DNA of 61,814 nucleotides, filler included, from Sphingomonadaceae bacterium (GTDB taxonomy: Bacteria > Chloroflexota > UBA6077): the NCBI GenBank assembly GCA_050261575.1. It is 4 parts of 4 records of this genome, joined end to end, with 100 filler letters (N's around TTAATTAATTAA, not from the genome) between each part and the next. Parts side by side here need not be neighbours in the genome. Positions count along the whole stretch, not along the records: positions 12,780 to 35,519 come from JBLNDL010000087.1; positions 35,620 to 56,188 come from JBLNDL010000088.1; 2 more parts are not named here. One strand, given 5' to 3'. A program made the translations under genes and the position numbers. Below are positions 33,201 to 41,264 of the stretch, piece by piece (position 1 is the first letter of the stretch; each line of letters begins with the position of its first letter). The notes beneath the pieces are model-generated. The model was given only the letters and a program-made list of their open reading frames with translations, searched no databases and was not told the DNA's origin.

Positions 33201-33956
33201 CAGCCCCGCAGCCAGGACGATCCGAAAGTGCTCAGCCCCCTCGAGCAAGGTAATGGCGACGCGATGGAAGAAGATCAGGTTCCGCAACTCTCGCGCGAAG
33301 GACTCCGAGGTCTCCCGCACGTCCCGGCCAGAGGTGACGATCCGGCTGATGCGGCTGAGCACCGCCGCCTCTTGTGCCCGCCTCTCCGCCTCCTCTTGGA
33401 GCCGCGCATTGGCTATGGCCACCGCCGCCAGGTCGGCAAAGACAGAAGCGGCATCGATATCGGCCCGCGTGTAGCGTCGGGGGTTTTCGCAGTCTCGCAG
33501 CGAGATCGCCCCGAGCACCTGCTCCCGGTGGATCAACGGCACACACAGAATCGCCACGGCAGGGCCGAACTCGACCATGAGGGGATTGCCCCCACGTCTC
33601 AACAGATCGTTCTGCAGGATGGGCCTTCGCTCCCTGAAGCAGCGACAGGCGAGGACGTGGGGGTCGTCGATGGGAACACGGTAGCCTCGAATCAACGGGT
33701 CGAGGCCCCCGAGGGCGCTGGTCACCACCAGGTGATCGCCGCGCGGCTCCCAGAGTACCACGGTGTGGGCCGCGAAGAGGGCCCGCGCCTCGCGGCAGAT
33801 CAGCTCCAGCGCCTTGTCTGGATTGTGTTCCGCGTTGAGAGTGGCTGCGACCCGAGCGATGGCGGTCATCAGCTTCTCCCTCGCGCGGCTCGCCGCCGGC
33901 CCTCTCGTGCCCGCCTCGCGGGGAACCTCGCCCCCAATATGCCGCACCGATCCCAA
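30228..33956 (-). CDS. Multi-GAF plus PAS sensor histidine kinase
   Basis: About five GAF repeats each ending A-x-A-x-x-NA, a PAS domain, H-box SHEFRTPL, NLLSNAIKYS, DQGYGI and GTGLGL; AGGAGG SD before TTG. Confidence 0.92.
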   Translation of the reverse strand: MGSVRHIGGEVPREAGTRGPAASRAREKLMTAIARVAATLNAEHNPDKALELICREARALFAAHTVVLWEPRGDHLVVTSALGGLDPLIRGYRVPIDDPHVLACRCFRERRPILQNDLLRRGGNPLMVEFGPAVAILCVPLIHREQVLGAISLRDCENPRRYTRADIDAASVFADLAAVAIANARLQEEAERRAQEAAVLSRISRIVTSGRDVRETSESFARELRNLIFFHRVAITLLEGAEHFRIVLAAGLDAEGLNPGDIRPLAGSGVEWVVRHRRPHVIYDLELEQTFPSDEMYAKSRMRSVVRVPLIERGEPLGAMTLVSATPGAYGSRDVELLEQVAGQIAGVFANAQMVEIERGLLARLSALHRVTDAALSTLDLDSLLDALLERCIEIVGADSGMVLLLDEAGEELSIRGARWMAEEKPWEFTRRLGVEISGKVAQDGRPRLVAEVDDEDLDDTVATRQRGVHSLLAVPLKARGRTIGVFRLESRRPNHFDRHHLQLMEVVAERMALAIDNARLLQEARERAANEALIHRIASAIGSSLNLDQVMNTAVRELQAATGCSRCAVALAPQRAGGFWSLWEARAEGIPPVGDLSLPWRDDPLVRTKMMSREPTVLEDLEKEPLPKTLRLLARNAGVRSVLGASLFRDDEPIGALELYQLHQPRRWTKREVDLVRAMATQLSLAVENARLYGETDERLRARVRELGSLLRLSRAVSEQLSLDVVIERAVEEGLRALNADCYSITTVDWHRRTLTVRAIQQLVGSIPEWVGMEVPLDSLPHSVRAMAEREPVVVGPDHPSTSPAELSFLEKLGLAVAVIVPLAVGDRAIGTACLGRKGDRPGFSEEEIALARAMAGQVAVAMENARLFQEVQSQKARTEAIVGSMSEGVYATDRDGRITSVNPWLEAMVGRRAEEMVGRLCRKVLLHTDEEGNPCCDAGCPLSVALREGKVPEPTLVFTPTAWGDRLPTILSVAPIRDDLRAIIGGVAVLRDVGRDWQMDKLKSNIISVVSHEFRTPLTSIIGFSELLLTRDQSAEERRSCAEHIYNEGLKLETLVNDFLDVSRLDAGRVALSPEPLEPALVLEKSVDCVRARAGERRLMVEVEEGLPRVQADPERLGQVMENLLSNAIKYSPDGSNIVLRARRGWEDGLDHFHIGEGNARPWVLFTVEDQGYGIPSDQLTDIFTPFHRVEGALTRRIRGTGLGLSIVKSLVELHGGRVWVESEVGVGSRFHVALQAAGD

Positions 33957-34146
33957 CAGAAGCCTCCTGAGAAGCGCGCTGCATCAGAATAGTACGGCAG
34001 GGTGGCGATCTTGAATAGCCCTGTTTACTTAGAGACCTTAAGAATACTGGCGGGGGCGGTCCTGCGTGTCCGCCCGCGTGGCCTTTTCCGCACGCAGGGC
34101 AGACCTACGTGTCTGCCCTGCACAGGTTGCGTCAGGCGCTCTCACC

Positions 34147-34174
34147 TTGACCGAGTAGGCTTCCATAGTATAAT
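34147..34174 (+). promoter_or_regulatory. Sigma70-type promoter
   Basis: TTGACC-N16-TATAAT. Confidence 0.6.
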
Positions 34175-34195
34175 GCCCTCACCCCGGCGCACCTT

Positions 34196-35026
34196 ATGAG
34201 CTCGGAGGTATCAGCGAGCGTGGCACTGAGCGGAGATCTCAAAGACTTCGGCCTTCTCCAACTCCTCACTCTGGTTCAGGTTACCAACAAGACCGGCGCC
34301 CTGGCGCTGCAACGCCCCGGCGAGGCAGCCACCCTGTACTTCGAATCCGGCCGCTTGACCAAAGTCAGGCCGCCCATGGCTCAACCCGAGGGGTTGGCGA
34401 CCCTCCTTCATAAGGCAGGGCTGATCGACCGCGAGACATACGAGGAGATCGAGGCCCAGGCGCCGCCGTCCGAGCAGGCGCTGGGACTCCTCCTGGCGGA
34501 TCAAGGAAAGCTCTCTCAGGAGCAGTTAGTCGAGTTCATCCGCGAGAGATCGCTGGCGGATCTCTATTCCCTGCTCACCTGGCCAGAGGGATCCTTCCGC
34601 TTCGACGTGGGCGTCGCGCCGCCCGAGGAAGAAATCCTCGCCCCCACCGACCTCGGCCCCGTCCTGGAGAAGGGGCGCAGCTATCTGGACGAGTGGCAAA
34701 TGCTGGTGTCCAGCATACCCAGCCTGGATCGGCCCCTCCGGTTGCTGCCGGAGCCCCGCCAGGCTACGGAGGAGATTCGGCTCTCGCTCTCCGAGTGGCG
34801 AATGGTGTCCACCCTGTGTGGCGACACCCCCCTCAAGGAGGTGGCAAGCCGGCTCGGGTTGGACGAGTTCGAGGTGCGCAAGCTGGCATACAGGCTGATC
34901 AGCGCGGGACTCGCCGACGTGCCAGAGCTGGAGTTCATCCCCCCTCCAGCCAAGGAATTCCGGGAGCTGAGAGAGGAGGACGAGTCCAAGCCCGGCCCCC
35001 TCGCCAGACTGTTCGGACGGAAGTAG
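34196..35026 (+). CDS. DUF4388 domain protein
   Basis: LSGDLKDF.L.QLL...KTG.L and LLTWPEGSFRF motifs. Confidence 0.85.
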   Translation: MSSEVSASVALSGDLKDFGLLQLLTLVQVTNKTGALALQRPGEAATLYFESGRLTKVRPPMAQPEGLATLLHKAGLIDRETYEEIEAQAPPSEQALGLLLADQGKLSQEQLVEFIRERSLADLYSLLTWPEGSFRFDVGVAPPEEEILAPTDLGPVLEKGRSYLDEWQMLVSSIPSLDRPLRLLPEPRQATEEIRLSLSEWRMVSTLCGDTPLKEVASRLGLDEFEVRKLAYRLISAGLADVPELEFIPPPAKEFRELREEDESKPGPLARLFGRK

Positions 35027-35047
35027 TCGATAATCCCTGGCCCGTAC

Positions 35048-35076
35048 CCCCTCCCCCGCGCGGGGGAGGGGTTTTC
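35048..35076 (+). terminator. Intrinsic terminator
   Basis: CCCCTCCCCCG-CG-CGGGGGAGGGG followed by TTTTC. Confidence 0.7.
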
Positions 35077-35093
35077 TCTGTCTTCCTCTGACC

Positions 35094-35122
35094 TTGACCC
35101 GGATTCACCCGTCTGATATGCT
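35094..35122 (+). promoter_or_regulatory. Sigma70-type promoter
   Basis: TTGACC-N17-TATGCT. Confidence 0.5.
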
Positions 35123-35254
35123 TGCGTTAGCATCTGTTGACTGTAGATGCTTATCTTCTCCTATCGCCCTTGAAGCTGCCACCCCATCGTCTCCGACCTG
35201 CGTGACGATGCCGCGGCAGCGCGATCAGGGCTTCTCTTATTACGGGGGGACGAA

Positions 35255-35519
35255 ATGGACAGGCCGACGACTGCCGTCCGCGGCGAGGAGGCAGCGGCCG
35301 AAGCGACGCCGCCGGCACCCGAGATTCGGTTCTGGATAGTCCCGCACACCCACTGGGACAGGGAGTGGTTCATCCCCTTCCAGGTGATTCGGCTGAAGCT
35401 GGTCCGCATGGTGGACGAGCTGATGGACACCCTGGAGGGCGATGCCTCCTTCACCTCCTTCACGCTGGACGGCCAGGCCGTGCTGCTGGAGGACTACCTC
35501 GCCGCCAGGCCCGAATCCA
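35255..35519 (+). CDS. GH38 alpha-mannosidase, N-terminus truncated by gap
   Basis: VPHTHWDREW and F.LDGQ..LEDYL motifs. Confidence 0.9.
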
Positions 35520-35619
35520 NNNNNNNNNNNNNNNNNNNNNNNNNNNNNNNNNNNNNNNNNNNNTTAATTAATTAANNNNNNNNNNNNNNNNNNNNNNNNN
35601 NNNNNNNNNNNNNNNNNNN
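35520..35619. other. Assembly gap with artificial linker
   Basis: N44-TTAATTAATTAA-N44. Confidence 0.95.
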
Positions 35620-36237
35620 ACCCCCACGGCGTCGCCGACCAGCACGCCCACCCCCACGGCGTCGCCGACCAGCACGCCCACCTCGACGGAGACGGCGACC
35701 CCCAGCCCCACTCCCACCGAGACCGCCACACCTGCATCCGCGCCGGTGCCCACGGACACCCCCACTGCGACGGCGGAGCCCACCAACGTGGCGGTCGGCT
35801 ACATCGAGGGGATAGTGGATCTCCAGGCCCGCCGAGACGAGTCGGGGGCCATCGTTTCGGCCGGGGCGTACTGGACTGTCACCTCCAGCCACGGCACCTA
35901 CGCCCTGGTGGTGCCGCCCGGTCTCCACACGGTGACGGTATCCCGCCCGGGCTACCTCACTGCTACGAGGCAAGCCGAGGTGGGAGAGGGCAGGGGCATC
36001 CTGTTGCCGAGGCTGAAGCTGCGCTCGGGGGATCTAGTGGATGGGGGCGGTCCGGACGCCCTGGTGGACCAGGCGGACCTGGACTACCTCACGGGCTGCT
36101 TCGGGCGATGCCGCTCGCAAGGCTCCGATCCCGGCCTCGACCTGGCCGACCTGACTGATGACGGCTGTGTCGATCTCTTCGACCTGGTGGCCGTGGCCTC
36201 GAACTGGCACAGGGGGCCAGGCCTCCAGGAGTGGTGA
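35620..36237 (+). CDS. C-terminal part of a secreted protein: Pro/Thr linker, carboxypeptidase-regulatory-like and dockerin-like domains
   Basis: (TPTASPTSTP)x2 30-bp repeat; GTY.L...G..TVTVS.PGYL; GDL...VD..DL and ADL..DG.VD..DL loops. Confidence 0.7.
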   Translation, partial: TPTASPTSTPTPTASPTSTPTSTETATPSPTPTETATPASAPVPTDTPTATAEPTNVAVGYIEGIVDLQARRDESGAIVSAGAYWTVTSSHGTYALVVPPGLHTVTVSRPGYLTATRQAEVGEGRGILLPRLKLRSGDLVDGGGPDALVDQADLDYLTGCFGRCRSQGSDPGLDLADLTDDGCVDLFDLVAVASNWHRGPGLQEW

Positions 36238-36396
36238 TCACTCCTCTTCCTCTAGCCACTTCTTGATCACGTTGGCCAGCGCCTCGGCCAGCTCGCGATT
36301 CCGGTCCGCCTCTTCGGCCTCCAGACCCCTCTGAATCTCCAGCACGTGGTCGCGAACCCGCCTGCGGGTCGCCAGATCGATCGGGTCTGCGTTCAT
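36238..36396 (-). CDS. Small acidic helical hypothetical protein (52 aa)
   Basis: MNADPIDLATRRRVRDHVLEIQRGLEAEEADRNRELAEALANVIKKWLEEEE*; GC-rich third positions; below the ORF-track cutoff. Confidence 0.55.
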   Translation of the reverse strand: MNADPIDLATRRRVRDHVLEIQRGLEAEEADRNRELAEALANVIKKWLEEEE

Positions 36397-36599
36397 CTCC
36401 TTGTTTACCCTCTCACGTCTCGATGGCCAGTGGCCTGGCTACTATAGATATCGGCAGTTCGGGCGGAATCTTTCGTCCTCGCTGGAGGCGAGACGCACGA
36501 CGCGGGAGCACAGCTCCAAGCCGTGCTCCCGCGCCCAAACACCTCGAATGTCGGGTCGGGACCGTCCGATCGCCTCCGCACCGCGGAGGTCTATATCCC

Positions 36600-36683
36600 T
36601 CAACCCTTGCCGCTACCCGATCTACCCGTCGCCAGTACCAGGACCAGAAAGATGAACAGGACGGCCACAATCGCCGTGTCCAC
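36600..36683 (-). CDS. Putative 27-aa single-pass membrane peptide
   Basis: GGGGAGG SD followed by GTG: MDTAIVAVLFIFLVLVLATGRSGSGKG*. Confidence 0.5.
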   Translation of the reverse strand: MDTAIVAVLFIFLVLVLATGRSGSGKG

Positions 36684-36703
36684 AGGCCACCCTCCCCGTG
36701 CTG

Positions 36704-37057
36704 TCAGGATGCGGGCTGCTTGCCGGCTCGGGACCGCTCGATCGCCCTGGCCACGCTGAAGTAGTCCACGTAGCCCAGGCTCACTATCTCGTCGTCGACG
36801 AAGACGGCGGGAAGGACCACGTCGCCGTTCCGCAGCTTTTCGACCAAGTGCGGGAACTGCTGCCGCACCGGTGCCTTCGACAGGTCGTGGTAGTTCACCT
36901 GGACGCTGTCACCATACTCCCTGGACAGATACCAGGCGACGATTTGCGTAATCTCTTCCTGAGATTGTGGGGGGCCTCAACCGCTGCTGCAGAAGCGGGT
37001 GGAGGCGGCGTCGTCGAAGACGTTGACGACGTTCAGCGCTTTGCCGTTCGACTCCAT
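36704..37057 (-). CDS. Putative selenoprotein, thioredoxin-like YuzD/DUF1462-like fold, C-S-S-G-U motif
   Basis: ATG behind GAGGTAGG; in-frame TGA at 36977-36979 four codons after Cys; frame continues 90 codons; hairpin AATCTC-AGGAA-GAGATT 10 nt downstream. Confidence 0.75.
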
Positions 37058-37069
37058 CAACCTACCTCA

Positions 37070-37477
37070 TCATGTTTGCTCGCCGGACAGCCGACGGTGC
37101 TCTTTCAGCAGGCACCTGTCCTGGACCACTTCCAGGCCTGCCTGCCGGGCTCTGGCAGCGGCGACCTCGTTGATCACGCCCTCCTGCATCCAGACTGCCC
37201 AAGCCCCTGCCTGGATGGCTTCGTCGACTATGGGCGGGACGTCCTCGGACCGGCGGAAGACATCCACGACGTCGATCTTCTCCGGCACCGACTTCAGATC
37301 GGGGTAGGATCGCTCGCCCAGCACCCGGTCCACCGTGGGGTTCACCGGGATGATCCTGTAGCCCTGCCGCTGCATGTAGCTGGCCACCCTGTAGCTTGGG
37401 CGCTCCGGCTTGGGGGAAAGCCCCACCACCGCGATGGTCCGGCCCTTCTCCAGGATCCTCTTGATGCTCTCTTCCAC
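37070..37477 (-). CDS. CoA-binding protein (YccU-like)
   Basis: TIAVVGLS.KPERPSY, IIPVNP, VDVFRR and WMQEGV motifs; GTG behind GGAGG. Confidence 0.92.
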   Translation of the reverse strand: MEESIKRILEKGRTIAVVGLSPKPERPSYRVASYMQRQGYRIIPVNPTVDRVLGERSYPDLKSVPEKIDVVDVFRRSEDVPPIVDEAIQAGAWAVWMQEGVINEVAAARARQAGLEVVQDRCLLKEHRRLSGEQT

Positions 37478-37493
37478 ATCTGCCTCCAAGGAG

Positions 37494-37552
37494 TTGACAG
37501 GAGCACCCGCCAACAGTATCGTAATATACGGTAGGGGGGTATATGGTGTCAA
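37494..37552. promoter_or_regulatory. Overlapping divergent promoters with CsoR/RcnR-family-like operator
   Basis: Plus TTGACA-N17-TATCGT (37494-37522); minus TTGACA-N18-TATATT (37552-37523); ATATAC-GGTAGGGGG-GTATAT at 37524-37544. Confidence 0.7.
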
Positions 37553-37608
37553 TAGGTGCGAAGGCCGATGGCGATAGCCGAAGGCCGATAAACGAGGAGT
37601 ACGATACC

Positions 37609-37791
37609 ATGGACAGGGCCGCAGAGCTAAGGCAGTTGGAGGCGCGGTTGGCCGACCTGAAGGGCCGGATGCCGGCCCACACGGTGCGCCCTGCCACGCT
37701 GCTGGAGATGGAGGATCTGGAGGAGGCGATCGACCGGCTGCGGGCTGAGCTTGAGGCAGGGAGAAAGGGCGATGCCCAAGGCTCTGCTTGA
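37609..37791 (+). CDS. Small helical hairpin protein with R-M-P-A-H motif
   Basis: GAGGAG SD; MDRAAELRQLEARLADLKGRMPAHTVRPATLLEMEDLEEAIDRLRAE. Confidence 0.7.
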   Translation: MDRAAELRQLEARLADLKGRMPAHTVRPATLLEMEDLEEAIDRLRAELEAGRKGDAQGSA

Positions 37792-37975
37792 CCCGAGCCG
37801 CTGCGATCCCCGACAGTGCCCGGAGGGGGTCTGCGCCGTGCGCCGACTCTGCGCTGTGCGCGCCATCTATCAGGAGGGGCCCTTCGAGATGCCGCTCCTC
37901 GACTGGGGGCGCTGTCGGGCCTGCTCCAAGTGCGTGGAAGCCTGTCCTGCCAGGGCGATATCTCTGGTAAACTAG
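37772..37975 (+). CDS. 4Fe-4S ferredoxin-like protein
   Basis: C-x4-C-x4-C-x5-C and CRACSKCVEACP motifs. Confidence 0.85.
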   Translation: MPKALLDPSRCDPRQCPEGVCAVRRLCAVRAIYQEGPFEMPLLDWGRCRACSKCVEACPARAISLVN

Positions 37976-38046
37976 CTGCGCCTCGAACCCCTACCGGACT
38001 ACAGTGCGTCCACTCCTTCGGGAGTGGGCAGGAGGAACGGACTGCG

Positions 38047-38991
38047 ATGGAAGAGTACGACGTGGTGATAATCGGGGGCGGCCCCGCAGGTCTCACCGCC
38101 GGGCTGTACGCTGCCAGGGCCAAGATGAAAGCGGTATTGCTGGAGCGAAAGTGGCCCGGAGGGCAGTTGCTGAATACCGAGAAGATCGAGGACTATCCGG
38201 GCTTCGAGAGCGTATCGGGGCCGGAGCTGGCCGAGCGGATGGAGAAGCAGGCCCGGAAGCTGGGGTTGCGGATCGACATGGAGGAGGCCACCGCCATCAA
38301 GCCTCGGGGGAGCCGGAAGCTGGTCCAGACAGCAAGTGGGGAGGAGTACCTGGCCAAGGCGGTCATCGTCACCGCTGGAGGCGAGCCCCGCAAGCTGGGG
38401 GTCCCTGGCGAGGCGGAACTCGCAGGACGCGGTGTCTCCTACTGCGCCATCTGCGATGGGGCCTTCTTCCAGGACCAGGTGGTGGCCGTGGTCGGGGGTG
38501 GCGACGCGGCGGTGGAGGAGGGGATGTTCCTCACCCGCTTCGCCAGCAAGGTGTACATCGTCCACCGCCGATCGGAGCTTCGGGCATCTCGGGATCTTCA
38601 GGAGAAGGCGAGGAGCAACCCGAAGATCGAGTTCGTACTGAACGCGGTGGTGGAGCAGATCCACGGCACCGACCAGGTGGAGTACCTGACGATCCTCCGC
38701 GACGGCCAGCGGGAGCGGCTGGACGTCTCGGGCGTCTTCATCTTCGTGGGCTTCGTGCCCAACACCGAGCTGTTCCACGAGCCGGTGAAGCGCGATAGCC
38801 AGGGCCATCTGGTCACCGACGCCCACATGAAGACATCCATCGAGGGGATCTTCGCGGCGGGGGACGTGAGGTCGCAGCTCACCCGGCAGATCACCACGGC
38901 CGTGGGCGACGGGACGACGGCCGCCATCGCGGCCCAGCACTACATAGAGTCGTTGACCGAGGAGCAGGAGGCAGCCCAGCCGGTGGCGTAG
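38047..38991 (+). CDS. trxB: Thioredoxin-disulfide reductase
   Basis: IIGGGPAGLTA, GVSYCAICDG, GGGDAA.EE and FAAGDV motifs. Confidence 0.95.
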   Translation: MEEYDVVIIGGGPAGLTAGLYAARAKMKAVLLERKWPGGQLLNTEKIEDYPGFESVSGPELAERMEKQARKLGLRIDMEEATAIKPRGSRKLVQTASGEEYLAKAVIVTAGGEPRKLGVPGEAELAGRGVSYCAICDGAFFQDQVVAVVGGGDAAVEEGMFLTRFASKVYIVHRRSELRASRDLQEKARSNPKIEFVLNAVVEQIHGTDQVEYLTILRDGQRERLDVSGVFIFVGFVPNTELFHEPVKRDSQGHLVTDAHMKTSIEGIFAAGDVRSQLTRQITTAVGDGTTAAIAAQHYIESLTEEQEAAQPVA

Positions 38992-39162
38992 CCGCCGGGG
39001 TGAATCGACGGATGAGCGATTGGATCGACCGCGGAGCCGGCCATGTGCGGCTTCGTGCCTCGGTGGCAAGTGGGGCGGGGCCCTCTGCCACGCCCCACTC
39101 CGGGAACGATGTGCTTCGTGATTCGCTGCGGCGGCTCGCGGAGGTGATATGGAGGATAGACG

Positions 39163-39582
39163 ATGGAGGCGAGAGTCACATTAGCCCGGGGCCTGCACTT
39201 CGACGTCGTGCTGAAGGACTCGGGCTACCGGCTCGAGATCGATACCGCACCGGAGCACGGTGGCACGGCGCCGGGGGCCAGGCCGATGGAGCTGGTGCTG
39301 GGCGGGCTGGCCGGCTGCACGGCCTTCGACGTGGTTTCCATACTGAGGAAGGCGCGGCAGGAGGTCACCGGCTTCGACGTGATAGCCAACGGCGAGCGGG
39401 CGACCGAGGATCCCAAGGTGTACACACACATCACCGTGGAGTACGTGGTGCGCGGGCACAACATCTCCGAGGAGGTGCTGCGCCGAGCCATTCTGCTTTC
39501 CGAGGAGAAGTACTGCTCGGTGGCGGCCATGCTGTCGAAGACGGCCCGCATCGAGACCCGCTACCGCATCATCGAGGAGTAG
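39163..39582 (+). CDS. OsmC/YhfA family protein
   Basis: RPMEL...LAGCT..DV and S.EKYCSV motifs. Confidence 0.92.
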   Translation: MEARVTLARGLHFDVVLKDSGYRLEIDTAPEHGGTAPGARPMELVLGGLAGCTAFDVVSILRKARQEVTGFDVIANGERATEDPKVYTHITVEYVVRGHNISEEVLRRAILLSEEKYCSVAAMLSKTARIETRYRIIEE

Positions 39583-41224
39583 CGGCGGAAACCGTCACTC
39601 TCTGGGCCCGTTGGTAGAGCGCTCCCTGGGAGTCCAGCAGGTCGAGCCTGAGGACGTACTCCCCCTCCTCCACTTCGGCAAGGTCGATCTCGATGGAGTC
39701 CTCGCCCGATCCCCGGTAGAGCAGGCGGTTATCCAGCCACAGCTTCGCCTCTGCTACGGGGAAGCCGAACCGGTAGGAGAGCTTCGCCGAGCCGCCCGTG
39801 GAGAGACCTTCCGGCCAGGTCACATCCAGTTGGTAGCCGGTGCCGTCGACGAAGGCCCCGTAGCTGAAGTAGCGGGCCACCAGGGGCGGAAGCTCTGGGC
39901 CGACCCTCGTGTAGACCATGTCCAGGAAGGCCCTGGGGCTGGCGGTCTTCCCGGAGTAGGTCTGGACGTAGTCCCGCAGCAGGGCGAGGAACTCGTCGTC
40001 CCCCATCAGCTCCCGCAGCTCGTCCAGGAAGACCGCTCCCTTGCGATAGACGATGTCGAAGTAGGGAAGGTCGTTGGGGTAGTCGTAGATGGTGGTGTTG
40101 ACTGGGCGGTCGGCGCCCGCGGCCACCCTGGAGCGGTACCCCGCGAGGGTGCGGCCCATGTAGTGGTCGAAGGATCGGGGCGACTGGTCCCGGTAGAAGA
40201 GCAGATCGGCGTAGGTGGCCAGCGCCTCGTCCAGCCAGGGGTCGTGAACCTGGTCGTTCCCCACCAGGGAGTAGAACCACTGGTGGGCCACCTCGTGACC
40301 CACTGTGTACTCGGAGTAGCTGCCAGTGCCCCCGCCGTCGGCCCCGAGCGCCGGATAGACGAAGATCAGTGCCGGGTACTCCTGGGCGGTGGGCATGCTC
40401 GGATCGGCGTGGATCTCGGCGATGGTGAAGGTGGGGTAGGGATAGGGCGCCAGGTGGGTTGAGAACCAGCCCAGGGTCTTTGCGGCCTCCTCCAGGTAGA
40501 CCTCCAGGCGGGCGGGGTCGGGGCCGTAGGCCAGAAGCTGTACCCCCTCCATCTGCCGGGTCCGAAGCTGGTATCTGTCCGAGATCGCCATCGCGAAGTC
40601 CCGCATCCCCTCGGCCCGGAAGCTCTGGCGGTTACCGTCCTGCGCGACCAGAGACCCGGAGGCGGCGATCTTCACGGGTACATCGCTCGAGACCGTCACG
40701 TCGAAGTCGGCGATTTCGGTGAAGAAGGCGTCTCCCACGTCCTTGTACTGGTGCCGATCCCACTCCTCCTGGTGGACGGCCAGCACCGGGAACCAGTTTC
40801 CCAGGGCGAGGATGCCGGCTCCCCGGCCGAAGCGGCCCCCGCCGGCCGGAACGCTCACCCGGTATACGAGCTCCACCACGCTCACCGACCCGGCGGGCAT
40901 CGGGGATTCGAGGGCGAGGGCCAGCACAGTCCCCTCTTGCGAGGTGGCAACTTCCTGCCCGTCTACCCTAGCCGATTGGAGGGAGAAGGCATCGAAGTAG
41001 GCGGGGGTCACCTGGAACACCAGGCTGGATAGCTCCGCCCCCGTATCGTTGCGCAGCCTGGTCTCTTGGACCACGTTCAGACTCGCGGCGTCGAAGTCCA
41101 GGGACACCTGGAGATCGTAGTGCGGGCGGGTGGTGGTCTGATCGCCGACTGGGAGGCTCGCCGCCAGGGTAGCGGCCAGGATCAATCCCAGGATGGGGCG
41201 AGCCAGGAGCGCGAGAAAGGACAT
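39569..41224 (-). CDS. Secreted M1-family metallopeptidase
   Basis: Signal peptide; AQEYP, HEVAHQWF..WLDEALA and VYRKGA motifs. Confidence 0.9.
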   Translation of the reverse strand: MSFLALLARPILGLILAATLAASLPVGDQTTTRPHYDLQVSLDFDAASLNVVQETRLRNDTGAELSSLVFQVTPAYFDAFSLQSARVDGQEVATSQEGTVLALALESPMPAGSVSVVELVYRVSVPAGGGRFGRGAGILALGNWFPVLAVHQEEWDRHQYKDVGDAFFTEIADFDVTVSSDVPVKIAASGSLVAQDGNRQSFRAEGMRDFAMAISDRYQLRTRQMEGVQLLAYGPDPARLEVYLEEAAKTLGWFSTHLAPYPYPTFTIAEIHADPSMPTAQEYPALIFVYPALGADGGGTGSYSEYTVGHEVAHQWFYSLVGNDQVHDPWLDEALATYADLLFYRDQSPRSFDHYMGRTLAGYRSRVAAGADRPVNTTIYDYPNDLPYFDIVYRKGAVFLDELRELMGDDEFLALLRDYVQTYSGKTASPRAFLDMVYTRVGPELPPLVARYFSYGAFVDGTGYQLDVTWPEGLSTGGSAKLSYRFGFPVAEAKLWLDNRLLYRGSGEDSIEIDLAEVEEGEYVLRLDLLDSQGALYQRAQRVTVSAATPR

Positions 41225-41264
41225 GGGGAACTCCTCCGCGGTGGGAATCGGCTGGGACCGGACC

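Noticed and set aside
36600..36602. UGA read-through of the 27-aa peptide
   Set aside because: No nearby Cys motif, and a TAG follows after two more codons.
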